Of a stretch of DNA of 64,000 bases, positions 38,265-52,130 are shown piece after piece (the first letter of the stretch is position 1; every line of letters begins with the position of its first letter). Location: contig OX597823.1 of assembly GCA_951406725.2 (NCBI GenBank), positions 19,902,001 through 19,966,000 on the forward strand, in the 5' to 3' direction. Below the pieces are notes generated by a model. It ran no database searches, was not told the DNA's origin, and saw nothing but the letters and a program-made list of their open reading frames with translations. Made by a program: the position numbers and the translations under genes. The DNA comes from Octopus vulgaris (lineage: Eukaryota).

Positions 38265-38624
38265 GTACACACAAACACATGACTCGTCTTATTGCGTGTA
38301 TTGTTACATTAAATGACTAACAATGACATGCAGTTTCGTTCTGGGTATATTCTTTTGTATCTCATCACTTCCCACCCTTCCATATTCTTCCACAAAGATG
38401 AAAACTAACCAGGGGTTGATGTCTCTACCAGGGCCCCCTATTGTCACCTTTCTGCTGTGTTGCGTCATTTATTGGGACGTGAATCAATGAGTAGTGTATA
38501 ACCTCAGCCTCGGTTATAGATGATCCTGCAGGGTTTCCCTCGACCAGTAAATGCAATGTTACTCCAGATGTCCCCCCCAGGGGTTCCCTCCTAAACCCTC
38601 TCTTTTGACGAGGAATAGGTAAAT

Positions 38625-39048
38625 TTTACTCTTTACTCTTTTACTCTTTTACTTGTTTCAGTCATTTGACTGCGGCCATGCTGGAGCACCGCCTTTAGTC
38701 GAGCAAATCGAACCCCCAGGACTTATTCTTTGTAAGCCTAGTACTTATTCTATCGGTCACTTTTGCCGAACCGCTAAGTTACGAGGACGTAAACACACCA
38801 GCATCGGTTGTCAAGCGATGGTTGGGGTCAAACAGAAACACATTAACATATACACACGCATACATATACATATATACATATATACGGCGGCCTTCTTTCA
38901 GTTTCCGTCTACCAAATCCACTCACAAGACTTTGGTCGGCCCGAGGCTATAGTAGAAGACACTTACCCAAGGTGCCACGCAGTGGGACTGAACCTGGAAC
39001 CATGCGGTTGGTAAGCAAGCTACTTACCACACAGCCACTCTTGCACCT
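38625..39048 (-). mobile_element. SINE family A, full length
   Basis: Colinear with the A consensus; multiple TACTCTTT tail units. Confidence 0.93.
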
Positions 39049-39167
39049 ATGACTATTTTTTTTTGTTTGTTTTCGAAAATATTTGTTGGGAATGGAGTGA
39101 CTGTTAACGGTGTTACCATGGTTCCTTCTGAATTTGTGCCGTATCGAAATTTAAATACTCACGTCTT

Positions 39168-39396
39168 AACAACAACAACAACAACAGCAACCACCACCAC
39201 CACCACCACCACCACTACCAACAACAACAACAACACCACCACCACCTCCACCACCTCCACCACCTCCACCACCTCCACCACCTCCACCACCTCCACCACC
39301 TCCATCACCTCCACCACCACTACCACCACCATCCACCACCACCACCACTACCACCACCACCACCACCACCACCACCAACAAACAACAACATCAACA
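39168..39396. repeat. (AAC)n/(ACC)n/(ACCTCCACC)n tract
   Basis: Read directly. Confidence 0.9.
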
Positions 39397-39561
39397 GCCG
39401 GAATCGTTACCTTGCAGAAAGGCTCCTAATGTCAAGATCTATTATTAAAAGAGAAGAAATTTCCCACGTGGATTCACTATCCCTGATGTTGTTCTGATTT
39501 CTCTGGCATTCAAACTAATAAACAGCAGATACAACTCATAGAATGGCAAGCTGAAGCACCC

Positions 39562-39615
<54 letters not shown>

Positions 39616-39630
39616 AAAAGACAAAAAGCT

Positions 39631-39895
39631 TCATCATCATCATCATTGTTCGACCGTGGTCGAGACAATGGAATTTACTATGCTACGCCAGACTTCACGG
39701 TCCATCATGGCATTACGGAGGTCCTGTTGCTGGATGCCTGTATCCCTGGAGATTACATCAGGGTAGGAGAGTGTGCGCCCTCTGGTATTGCGAGTAGATG
39801 GCTTCCAGAGGAGAAGAATAGAAATTACCTCTTTTTCAGCTCTACAACAATGTCCAGCATACTGGACTCTCTTACCTTTCACAAGAGATGACACA
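39631..39895 (-). mobile_element. RTE-like LINE 3' end with (TGA)n tail
   Basis: VSSLVKGKRVQYAGHCCRAEKEVISILLLWKP...GRTLSYPDVISRDTG...AMMDREVWR, then the stop running into (TGA)n. Confidence 0.85.
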
Positions 39896-40167
39896 AAAAG
39901 ATTGACATTGTTAGCATGGGAAAAAAGTTTAACATTTATTGACGTTGCAAAATCTTCGGAAAGAAACACTTGAATGGAAATCAGAGAAGCTTTCCAAGAT
40001 CAAAGAGCTAGAGATTGAAGACAACAGATGTGGAATGTGAAGATCGAAGTATTACCGGTGGTCATTAAAGCACTGGGGTCACATGATGAAGGGAATGGAA
40101 AAGTTCACCAACTGTCTCCCGGGTAACATCAATATTCCTGCAGCCCATGAGATCACACTACACTCCG

Positions 40168-40386
40168 TTACTCCTTTACTTGTTTCAGTCATTTGACTGC
40201 GGCCATGCTGAAGCACCGCCTTTAATCGAGCAACTCGATCCCCCAGGACTTATTCTTTGTAAGCCCAGTACTTATTCTATCGGTCACTTTTGCCGAACCG
40301 CTAAGTGACGGGGACATAAACATACCAGCATCGGTTGTCAAGCAATGCTAGGGGGGCAAACACAGACACACAAACATACACGCACA

Positions 40387-40436
<50 letters not shown>

Positions 40437-40700
40437 CAATTAATTTAGGGTAGAAATTGATATTTATCAATTAAGACCAGTGGTCTAGCACATTAAAAAA
40501 AGAATCCGAAGATTAAAATATTTATATATACCAATTAAGGACTGAACACGAAAAGTGGACAGTCAACATGCTAGATATAGACGTCAAATCGCCATTCTCC
40601 ACAAAAGATTATGTTCTCAGATCTGAAAACATAATCTTTTGTGGAGAATGGCGATTTGACGTCTATATCTAGCATGTTGACTGTCCACTTTTCGTGTATT

Positions 40701-40743
<43 letters not shown>

Positions 40744-40751
40744 ACTTATTT

Positions 40752-40822
<71 letters not shown>

Positions 40823-40988
40823 TACGACGGGCTTCTTTCAGTTTCTGTCTACCAAATCCACTCACAAGGCTTTGGTCGCCCGAGGCTATAGTAGAAGATA
40901 CTTGCCCAAGGTGCCATGCAGTGGGACTGAACCCGGAACCATGTGGTTGGTAAGCAAGCTACTTACCACACAGCCACTCCTGCGCCTA
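40168..40988 (-). mobile_element. SINE family A with a foldback element inside its microsatellite
   Basis: 3' half 40168-40390, 5' half about 40822-40988. Confidence 0.9.
40546..40697. repeat. 152-bp spacer-less palindrome with one mismatch
   Basis: Centre TCAGA|TCTGA at 40621/40622; arms checked by eye. Confidence 0.95.
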
Positions 40989-41274
40989 TGGGAAAAATCT
41001 ACATACTATGGAGAGTGTTGTCAATAAAACGATATCTTTCTTACAGCGCCACAGGCCCGTAGGTTGGAAGCAGTCATACAAGACATAAGACAGGAAGTAG
41101 AAAAGGAACAATAATAACAGTAAGGATTGCTTTTATTAACCACAAGGTCATAAGACGTCGGAGTCAAATTACGAAAGACAATAAAAAGATAAATAGTGAG
41201 ATATTTATATCGTGTAAAATATTAAATATATTTATTCCATAGATATTAAATAACAGGCGGTTATTATTAAATAA

Positions 41275-41674
41275 CAAGGCGGCGAGCTGGCAGAAACGTT
41301 AGCACACCGGGCGAAATGCTTAGCGGTATTTCGTCTGTCGTTGCGTTCTGAGTTCAAATTCCGCCGAGGTCGACTTTGCCTTTCATCCTTTCGGAGTCGA
41401 TTAAATAAGTACCGGTTACGCACTGGGGTCGATATAATCGACTGAATCCATTTGTCTGTTCTTGTTTATCCTCTCTGTGTTTAGCCCCTTGTGGGTAGTA
41501 AAGAAATAGATATTTCGTTTATCTTTAGGTCCTGAGTTCAAATTGCCTTTCATCCTTTCGGGGTCGATAAATTAAGTACCAGTTACGCACTGAGGTCGAT
41601 GTAATCGACTTAATCCGTTTGTTTGTCCTTGTTTGTCCCTTCTATGTTTAGCCCCTTGTGGGCAATAAAGAAAC
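41275..41674 (+). mobile_element. SINE family B dimer with TSD
   Basis: AGATATTAAATAACAG at 41241-41256 and 41675-41690; the second unit starts at gatatttcgttt. Confidence 0.9.
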
Positions 41675-42477
41675 AGATATTAAATAACAGTAGCAGTATA
41701 AAACACAGTATAAGAAACAAAGATCCCTAAAACGATAACCCTTACATACTTAAGGCAAGTTCTTTCTTGTTCTTTCTGCAAGTCCATAGCTACATTGCTA
41801 TAGGAGACTAACTGAACCACACCAATTTGCCAACTCCCTTTTTTTATGAATTCAATGGGGGTAATAACTTCATTGCATATTACATGAAAAAATTAAGGAG
41901 GGCTTGGCCTGAAAAGAAAAAATTCTGTTCTCAAACAATTCAACGACGACTGATTTCTCCCAATCAAAGGAAGAGTACCTTCTCTTCTTTGCCGAAGGTA
42001 AGTTGAATTTGAAAATTCACTCGGTTGATAGATGGGTTTACCTAATACATTATAAGAGCTGTTTGAAATAAGCCCATGAATCAGCACTGCATAAGCATTG
42101 ACTAGAAACTACCGAAAAGTTTCGTCACTGTGCATATTGGCCACGTTCTGTTAAAGTGATAAAACAAGCGAGAGCGAAGGATATAAAAAGAAACAGAGAG
42201 GAGCGAGATAGAAAGAGAGAGATTAAACGAAAGGTCAAACACTTGCGGTGTGTTTAAATAACCGTAGATATATGAGAAGAGATAGAGGAGAAGGTTGTGT
42301 AAAGATGGGTGACGTTTAAAATAGATTTAAGGGAGATATAAAAGGTGAAATATTAGAAATATGAAACAGAAAAAAAAAACGAAACAAAGAACAATAGAGA
42401 AGGAAAACAAACTCACTCACACACGGACACATATTCATACATGCATTAGTGTATACTTTTATATATAGATACATATC

Positions 42478-42502
42478 CACGCGCGCACACACACGCACAC
42501 GC

Positions 42503-42572
<70 letters not shown>

Positions 42573-42611
42573 ATACACACACACGCACACACACACACAC
42601 ACGCACACACT

Positions 42612-42656
<45 letters not shown>

Positions 42657-42672
42657 TCACGCACACACACAC

Positions 42673-42709
<37 letters not shown>

Positions 42710-42710
42710 A
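42478..42710. repeat. (CA)n microsatellite
   Basis: Read directly. Confidence 0.95.
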
Positions 42711-42752
42711 AAGTATATGAAATGTGTCTATGAATAAATACAACTACAGCCC

Positions 42753-42788
<36 letters not shown>

Positions 42789-44304
42789 ACATATATATAT
42801 AGACACACATATACATACATCTTCAAATCTGTGTGCCTGCCGTGTTATTAATATATGTATGTATCTATGTATGTATGTATTCAGATGCGCGTATGCCTGT
42901 GTGTTATGAATAAATATCTAATTACATATGTTAAGGTGGCGGTGTCATTTCAAAGTTCTTGTTATGGTTCATACAAATCGCTCTTGACAGGTCGTAACAG
43001 AATCTTTCTGTCTACGTTATATGAGTTAATGTCTCTTTATTTTATAAATCTCTTATTTGTTTAACTTTAGCTCTATCTCCCTCCGTATTAGACTTGCGTT
43101 CTTCTTTGACCGTTTCATTGTTGAGTCTATTGTGCCTTATAATCTATCTCTTCATTACAGACACCTACTATGTATGTGTGTGATGTTAGCGTTATTTTGG
43201 CACGTGGTTGTGTGCGTGAATGTGTACATGCTTGTATATGTGCGTGTGCGTAAATATCTGTGCGTATTTGCCTGTGTGATTGTGTGTAAATGTGTCCTAT
43301 GCGACTGTTTGTATTTGTGTGTCTTTGAGACTGTGATTGCATATGCCTACATACGTATGTACACGCACACGCACATACACACATGCACAGACACACATTG
43401 TACCCCTATACACACAGCATGCACACACGAAGCCTCCACGACATTAACCAATACAAAAACAAAACACATTAGCGAGTACAGTAATGAATGCCTATAACCC
43501 CTGCAAAAGTTATACAGTACCACTACACGCACCCAATTTCCACATGAACACCAACCTGAAAGACGCACACCATTCCCACTCCATGTTAGCTCCTACTGAC
43601 TTACAGCATAGCAACCCAGTGGCGATGTCTCGGTACCAAGGGACATAACTCTTAACTAAATCTCCCACTCGGTTTGTTTCATCATCTTTTCACAATAACA
43701 GCAAATTCGATGTGTCCTTTCACCTCCAACAATTTAGAGCAGTCGCCATATTTCATTCCATATCGGCTACCTCTGATGCGCGTAGAGTTGTATAATCGGA
43801 TTGTTACCTAATACTCCGATTTTCCTCTAGCACGAAACCGATTGGTAAGGTTAGCCATGATGGATATAAAATACTGTACACTTCGGATAATATACCCACT
43901 CTATTGACAGATATACGAGTGAAATTTTTCCTGACTTATTGAACTCATAAAACAAAATATGCCGAATATACTCCTTTCACACTTCCATTGTAACTTTAGA
44001 GAATAACTGTTAAATTCGAACTGCACTCTTGCACTAAGAATAAGGACAAGTTAAAATTACTACCTGATTTTTTACAAGTTGATGCAGGTAGTTTATCCTG
44101 TCCCCCACCGTCTTTTAGTTCATGCAATTGATAAAACCGCATTATTTATGGGATAACCCAGTACTTGGTATCTTGGGAAAAGATTTAAATATATTGGAAA
44201 CAGCATGTTATGTAATATCTTTACATAAACTGTAAAGATATTAAAATAAATTAGATATTCGCATGGCTATTTGTATTATTATCGTCTTATATGTTTCCTG
44301 CTTC

Positions 44305-44767
<463 letters not shown>

Positions 44768-44893
44768 CATTATATATATACACACGCAATATGTTTGTGT
44801 GTATCTGTAGCGTGTTATACAAGTGCGCGCATATGTATATGGGTTGGTGTACTAACACATACATATGTCCACATATATGTATATAACCCCTAC

Positions 44894-44924
<31 letters not shown>

Positions 44925-44945
44925 TGTTTATTTAATTATCATTAT

Positions 44946-45197
44946 GGCACTCCGTCAGTTACGACGACGAGGGTTCCAGCATCCGATCAACAGAGCAGCC
45001 TCCTCGTGAAATTAACATGCATGTGGCTGAGCCCTTCACAGACACGTGCACACCCTGAACGTAGTTCTCAGTGATAGTCAGCGTGACACAGATGTGACAA
45101 AATGGCCCCTTTGAATTACAGGTACTACTCATTTTTGATGGTTGAGGGGAATGGAGGGAGCAATATGAAATAACGTGTCTTGCCCAGGGTTATAACA
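44946..45197 (-). mobile_element. SINE group C variant (body Y plus tail 1), head missing
   Basis: The tail aligns to 867-1050; the body (gcaagacac...ttgctcc...caaaaatgagta) aligns to 23830-23892. Confidence 0.75.
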
Positions 45198-45199
45198 TT

Positions 45200-45375
45200 C
45201 CGTTGCTGGATGCCTGTATCCCTGGAGATTACATCAGGGTAGGAGAGTGTGCGCCCTCTGGTATTGCGAGTAGATGGCTTCCAGAGGAGAAGAGTAGAAA
45301 TTACCTCTTTTTCAGCTCTACAACAATGTCCAGCAAACTGGACTCTCCTACCTTTCACAAGAGATGACACAGGTG
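45200..45375 (-). mobile_element. RTE-like LINE fragment, same family as 39631
   Basis: VSSLVKGRRVQFAGHCCRAEKEVISTLLLWKPSTRNTRGRTLSYPDVISRDTGIQQ. Confidence 0.85.
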
Positions 45376-45781
45376 ATCCGTGACTGGGGTACGTAAAGCG
45401 ACGTATTGAGACGACAAAAGATGTAAAGCAGAAAGGGCTGTTAACTATGGCATTTAACACCGACAGGTGACACAGGTGACACAGGTGACCCGTGAATATC
45501 AAATAATGACAGTTATTTGAATGCCCGTTAACAGATTTCGCCTTGTCTCGAGGTTTAGTTTTCAAGCAGTTTCCGTTTGAATAAGCCGCCGCGAGACAAA
45601 GCCATACTTGAAGCAACACGCGACGCCTTTGCGTAATATATTTGAGTCTGCTAGAAATGTTCTGTCTTGTCTGTCGAATAGTAAATAATTTTTGTTATTT
45701 ACTATTAAAAAAAAGAAAAAAACTAACGTTAACACATACATGCACATACACACACACACACATATATACATACATAGTAAG

Positions 45782-46013
45782 AAGGCGGCGAGCTGGCAGA
45801 AACGTTAGCACGCCGGGCGAAATGCTTAGCGGTATTACGTCTGCCGTTACGTTCTGAGTTCAAATTCTGCCGAGGTCGACTTTGCCTTTCATCCTTTCGG
45901 GGTCGATAAATTAAGTACCAGTTACGCACTGGGGTCGATGTAATCGACTTAACCCGTTTGTCTGTCTTTGTTTGTCCCCTCTGTGTTTAGCCCCTTGTGG
46001 GTAGTAAAGAAAT
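45782..46013 (+). mobile_element. SINE family B, full length, with TSD
   Basis: TATATACATACATAG at about 45763-45777 and 46016-46030. Confidence 0.93.
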
Positions 46014-46724
46014 ACGTATATACATACATAGGGAGAAGGGGAGAGAGGGTCAGAGAGGAAGGGAGAGAGGGAGAAGGAGGAAGGGAAAGAGAGAGTGTGT
46101 GTGTGAGAGAGAGAGAGAGACAGAAAGAGAGAGAGAGGATCTTTTCGGTTTGAACGGCAGTTTTTTCTAGCGGTGTCATATGAAATTGTCACCCATAATT
46201 ATGACCCTAGTATCCATCTATTGCATTTCAATTTGTTTTAATGTTAGGGTTAGGGGTGCGGGGAAGGGTATCTTTTTTTTCTTCACAAATGTAAATAAAC
46301 CCAATCTGTTTCTTAAACGAGGGACATATTTATACGGCACAGAATGTTTTTTTTACCTCAATAGACGCCAGTGATTGGTTGAAATTGCAGAAATTGAAGA
46401 AAAAAAATAATCTTATGAACTATAGAATTTTCTCAATAAAGCCAAGTGAATGACGCCATTAGCCACAAAGAATAATCTCTAATTCGAGCCTACTCTAAGC
46501 TACTAAAAATGCGTTGGGATACGTGAAGATCCACCCACCACACGCGATAGACTGGCGGTTGCACGGGCGCGAAAGCTACGTTGTTATCCTCATTCCAAAA
46601 ACGGTGGCTTTTTAACTGGTGGAGAGCTGAACCATCCTGGTGTACAGAGTATTCGCAATCTAGACCAGAGTCTGAAAGCTTACCACACCATAGTGGGTTA
46701 CACCATGGTTCCTCTGCTTTGTGG

Positions 46725-46932
46725 CAGAAATAGGAAGAAAGAGTGCGAGAAAGTTGTGGTGAAGAGTACAGCGAGGTTCACCTCCCCGCTCCGCCGGAGT
46801 CTCGTGGAACTTAGGTGTGTTTTGCTCAATAAACACTCACAATGCTCGGAATTTGAGTTCAGAACATAGCAACAGGCGAAATACCCCTAAGAATTTCGTA
46901 CTGCGCGCTAAAGATTCTGCCAGCTCACCGCT
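46725..46932 (-). mobile_element. Chimera: SINE B head joined to a SINE C body
   Basis: 46848-46932 is a B head through the B box; 46725-46848 is C body X (gagaaagttgtggtg...gctcaataaacactcacaa). Confidence 0.65.
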
Positions 46933-46954
46933 TCAATAATAATAATAATCATAC

Positions 46955-46985
<31 letters not shown>

Positions 46986-47207
46986 AATGATGATGATGAT
47001 GATGATGATAAATGCCCTGATGCAGTACCAGGCAGTGGCTCTCATTGCTTCTGGTCTTAACTGATTGGAAGTGTTATCATGTACATAGTTTTGTCTTGGT
47101 ATAAAAGTTGGGCTACAGCAAATCTTCTTCTTCTTCTTCTTCTTCTTCTTCTTCTTCTTCTTCTTCTTCTTCTTCTTCTTCTTCTTCTTCTTCTTCTTCT
47201 TCTTCTT

Positions 47208-47237
<30 letters not shown>

Positions 47238-47238
<1 letters not shown>

Positions 47239-47446
47239 AAGCGACGAGCTAGCAGAATCGTTACCACAATGGACGAAATGCTCAGCGGCATTTCACCCGT
47301 CGCTACGCTTTGAGTTCAAATTCCGCCGATGTCAACTTTGCCTTTGATCCTTTCGGGGTCCATAAACTAAGTACCAGTTGAATACTGGAGTCGATATAAT
47401 CGACTGTTCCCTCCCCCAATTTCAGGCCTTTTGCCTATAGTAGAAA
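47238..47446 (+). mobile_element. SINE family B after (CTT)n
   Basis: Same junction cttcttaaagcgacgagct as the 47976 copy. Confidence 0.88.
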
Positions 47447-47478
47447 GGCGTGTTATTATTATTATCATTATTATATTA

Positions 47479-47530
<52 letters not shown>

Positions 47531-47531
<1 letters not shown>

Positions 47532-47576
47532 GAGTGAGAGAGCAGTTCATGCCATCAAAGTGACACTGGGGTAAAA

Positions 47577-47628
<52 letters not shown>

Positions 47629-47870
47629 GAGTGAGAGAGCAGTTCATGCATTCAAAGTGACACTGGGGTAAAATATACGAAGCCCAGTATACCCATCATG
47701 ACTACCCGTCTGATAAGGGTACACCAGGCACATGCATCACAACCATATGTGCGCGACATGGTGATTTCATATCAAGATAAACAGCACATGACCTTGCAGG
47801 TGGGGCCCAGTTAGAATTTTCTTCAGGTTGAGTAGCCCATCCCGCTCAAACGGTCCCTGAATAAGGGTTG
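47531..47870 (-). mobile_element. Repeat D: short terminal copy (47531-47578) plus longer copy (47628-47870)
   Basis: Near-identical to 21755-21995; each abuts (ATT)n. Confidence 0.75.
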
Positions 47871-47945
47871 TATTATTATTATTATCATTATCTTCTTCTT
47901 CTTCTTCTTCTTCTTCTTCTTCTTCTTCTTCTTCTTCTTCTTCTT

Positions 47946-47975
<30 letters not shown>

Positions 47976-47976
<1 letters not shown>

Positions 47977-48187
47977 AAGCGACGAGCTGGCAGAATCGTT
48001 AGCACACTGGACGAAATGACCAGCGGTATTTCACCCGTCGCTACGTTTTGAGTTCAAATTCCACCGAGGTCGACTTTGCCTTTCATCCTTTCGGGGGCCA
48101 TAAATTAAGTACCAATTGAGTACTGGGGTCGATGTAATCGCCTAGTCCCTTCCCTTCAAATTTAGGGCCTTGGACCTATAGTAGAAA
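47976..48187 (+). mobile_element. SINE family B after (CTT)n
   Basis: B core; shares diagnostic variants with 47238. Confidence 0.88.
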
Positions 48188-48558
48188 TGATTATTATTAC
48201 TCTGCTGTCTATTACTTTAGTTAGCCACTAATACATACTTGATGGTGTTTCATAAAAAAGATAGCTTCACTCCATTATTCAGTCATATTTTCATTCCACT
48301 ATTTCTGAAATACTGCTTCCTTTCTATGTTTTTGACATCAACTTCCTGTTATCTGCGTTTTTATAATTTCCTGTTTGTCGTTTAAATACAGATGCAGAGA
48401 ACGTGTTTTTTTTTATCTTTAACTTGTGTAATGGCTATAGGATCGGTAAGTGACCCTAAAACTATTATATACCTACACACAAACAATATTTGTATAAATA
48501 CAAACACGTACACATATATATACGTGCATACATGCTTTACACACATGCACAAAGCATA

Positions 48559-48596
<38 letters not shown>

Positions 48597-48649
48597 TCCA
48601 TCCTTCATACACACACTCACATGCACACACACACATACATGCATATGCA

Positions 48650-48722
<73 letters not shown>

Positions 48723-48735
48723 CTCTCTCTATCTA

Positions 48736-48769
<34 letters not shown>

Positions 48770-48779
48770 CTTCTTTCTA

Positions 48780-48828
<49 letters not shown>

Positions 48829-49485
48829 TTCTATATACATCCAATTAGAGGTCAAATTAACTTCGTTAAGTGATGGTATCATCCAATGAATTACTGGTTC
48901 AATACCTAATATTTATTGGGAATAATAATATTCGTAAAATAATAGGTTTGTATATAAACCATGGTTTATAATTATTCAAATTGAAATAAGAAAATGGAGA
49001 TGTACCATTTAATAAAGATTTATTATTAGCAATATTCCAACATGGTCCCTTACAGCTGTTTCAATTAAGCCCAATAAAGATTAAATAAATAATATCAAAA
49101 TCATTTTGGGGGGCAAAATCTATTCAGAGGGGTATACCCTTAGGTTTTTTATGTGTAGTATTATAGAATCATCACAGCAGACTGAAAAATATTATTTGTG
49201 GCTAATAGTGGTATATGCCTGAGTTAGGGGGTCACAGGTTGTTTTAGTGGGTAAGAAATAATATGTAAATATAATTAGGGTAATAACGGGGAAATAAATA
49301 GAGATTAAATAGTCAATTACGATGAAGCAGAGTATCAAATGAATAAGGAGGTAAATGAAATACTTCAGTAGGTTGTTTATAAAATTGAGAAAAACCTATA
49401 TAAAATTAATATACAAACAAAAATTAACACCGGTCTAACATTCGTCTTTTTCTTCAGTGTATACACAGGTAAGCATATACAGATG

Positions 49486-49526
<41 letters not shown>

Positions 49527-49529
49527 ACA

Positions 49530-49573
<44 letters not shown>

Positions 49574-49870
49574 CTTGTAAATATATATATGTATAGCAGC
49601 CAAAAGTTTTTTATATACTTTAGATTTCTCTCAGATAATGTTTACAAAATAACTCACGAGGATATGGGGTAAAACAGTAAAATATCACAAGTACAAAGAT
49701 CATTTGAGAACGTCAACGTTTCTAGATTAGCCAAATAAAACTCAGCATTTCCTTCGTCAGCTCAACATTTCTTAATTTTAGATTTGAAAGCACTAAAAGA
49801 ATACATACCCTTCCGGCAACGTATCACCTCAGACGAACACGCTCAGACTGATCATGTTCTCTCATATATA

Positions 49871-49935
<65 letters not shown>

Positions 49936-49950
49936 TATATGTATGTATAC

Positions 49951-50250
49951 CGTCACCGTGACCGACCAGTCTATCAGATGTTGTTACACATCGCTGGTCA
50001 CAATGCGCTTAGCATTGTTTTAGCCTTCAAATGACGCCACCCCGCTGGCTAAGCGAGCAGGCCAACAGAAGAAAGAGTGAGAGAAAGTTGCGGCGAAAGA
50101 GTACACCAGGGATCACCACAACTCCTGCCGGAGCCTCGTGGAGCTTTAGATGTTTTCGCTCAATAAACACTCACAACGCCCGGTCTGGGAATCGAAACTG
50201 CGATCCTACAACCGCGAGTCCGCTGCTCTAACCACTGGGCCATTGCGCCT

Positions 50251-50254
<4 letters not shown>
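49951..50254 (-). mobile_element. SINE group C (body X plus tail 2), full length
   Basis: Same head as 867-1251; tail ...gcgcattgtgaccagcgatgtgtaacaacatctga...ggtcggtcac. Confidence 0.92.
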
Positions 50255-50293
<39 letters not shown>

Positions 50294-50897
50294 AAGGTAT
50301 ATTATTAGCGGTATTAATGATATTAAGGTGGCCCGCAAGTTCACACCACTACAGGCACAATATAAGACGAATTTAAATACAGTTGGGTATATAATACTAT
50401 TTACTAAAATTAGAGCCAAGGCTCGAAAACCACCGGAATCTCACAATAAAGATACACACAAGCAATGTCATGAACCTATGAGAAATAGACTTATCTTTGC
50501 TTTGAATACATCAGTAAATAATGTATAAACGGTAATGAGACATCTTTATTTAAAATTTATTCTTATATAATATATATATATGTGTGTATAAAAATATATA
50601 TATAAAAATACAAAATGGGACAAGAACGCAAAACACTCAAATAGACTACACAAAAAACTGACGGGTCATTCGAAGCCTCTAATCTTCTGTCAAGAACGGA
50701 TCATCCTCGCAATTTCGGCTGATTAATCTTGAGATCGCTCAGATCCGGCCAGCCCCAAGGAAAAACTAAGCTACGAGCATTAGATTTCTTGGAAAAAGGA
50801 TCGAATGTATACGAAACAAGGACAGAAAAACGGACGATGCCACACGAATATAAATACAAAAAGCAATAATAGTAATAACAGGACAAAAACTGCGGGT

Positions 50898-51036
50898 GTC
50901 TTACGACTTTAGACAGTTCAACTTAGCTTAGCTGGCGTATTTGGAAAATAATGCCTTACGGCAGACGAAGGGATCGATGTTGTCGTGGCGGTGCTACGCC
51001 AGCTAAGCTAAGTTGAACTGTCTAAAGTCGTAAGAC
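50898..51036. repeat. Inverted repeat, perfect 42-bp arms, 55-bp spacer
   Basis: 50898-50939 is complementary to 50995-51036. Confidence 0.92.
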
Positions 51037-51257
51037 TTTGGCTAAGTATAATCCGTATCTTGATGCCTGCTAATTTCTGCTAAATGAGAAATTATTATAT
51101 TTTAATAACCAGAAGTGGTTTCTTTTCCTCAAGTTAGCAACTTTTGTTGAAACATAGGTTCGAAGTGTCCAAACAAAACGAGCTAGGAAAGTGGAAATTT
51201 CACTAACCTGAAAGAGCGTGTAGCTAACGCTTAGGGAAATTCCTCTCTGTCTCTCTC

Positions 51258-52130
51258 TGTTATATATACATAAATATGGACGTAGCAGATAACAGCTAGC
51301 CTTCGGTCGCTCTTTTGGATCCTGTTGTGTCCACTACTCTGAATGGTTGGTACTGGTGCAATTTGTCTCTTGCTCTATTGCGCGCCAATATGTAACCCAA
51401 CCAATCGCAGCTTCTGACAAGGTCATGTGAGACAGTCTCTTCCAAACTTCCGGTGAGCCAATAGCATAGTATAAAATGCTAGCCTCACACCGTCTCCGTA
51501 TCTTTCGGTTCTTGACCTTTTCAGGTCTAACCACTGACTACAGAGCAAACAGCCAGTTCCAGCGACAACACAACTACAGCCACATGGAGACTCAACTTTG
51601 TCTAGCAGCATTCAGTACCTCCATCTCCGTCGCTATCATCTTTTTAACGTCGTCAACAACATCTCTCTACGTACACAGCAACCAGCAACCCTCGCACAGG
51701 TTCTATCTCAACACTGTTCGTGAATGACTTCACCATGGTTAATAGCAAACACAACCTGCGAGAACCTTCTGTACCAAGTAACCGGCTCTGCATAGTAGTC
51801 ACAGCTTCACGCACGACACGTACCTCAACTGGCTCTACATTGCAGCCTCAACTTCTTGATACAGCACTTCAACTATCGTGTACCTTGACTACGAACTGGT
51901 ATTTATCACCCTTGTGTCTGAACATTCTTCTAACATCATATTATAGACTCTTTCAATGCTCTGTACTTATCGCACACGCATACATCCATGTTTCTACATA
52001 CACATTATGTATACGTGACAACCTGTCTATTATTATGTATATACGCCGCACACACAGACACACATGTTAACATATAAATAAAATCTTCTCTTAAACATTC
52101 TACCTGGTTGTGTCTCTCTTTTCCATCTGG
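51258..52130 (+). mobile_element. Possible solo LTR
   Basis: Starts TG; three CCAAT at about 51386, 51401 and 51458; TATAAAA at about 51470; AATAAA at about 52077. No TSD or clear right end was found. Confidence 0.35.

Larger units (their letters stand above)
39985..41100 (+). pseudogene. R4/Dong-like LINE C-terminal remnant interrupted by SINE A
   Basis: SKIKELEIE / QMWNVKIEVLPVVIKALG / MKGMEKFTNCLPGNINI before the SINE; MGKIYILWRVLSIK after it. Confidence 0.7.

Noticed and set aside
43540-44110. Coding remnant in non-repetitive sequence
   Set aside because: No recognisable motif in the frames I could read.
48890-49480. Hammerhead around minus-strand GAAACAGCUGUA at about 49041-49052
   Set aside because: No CUGANGA-like core or stem II found at a workable distance.
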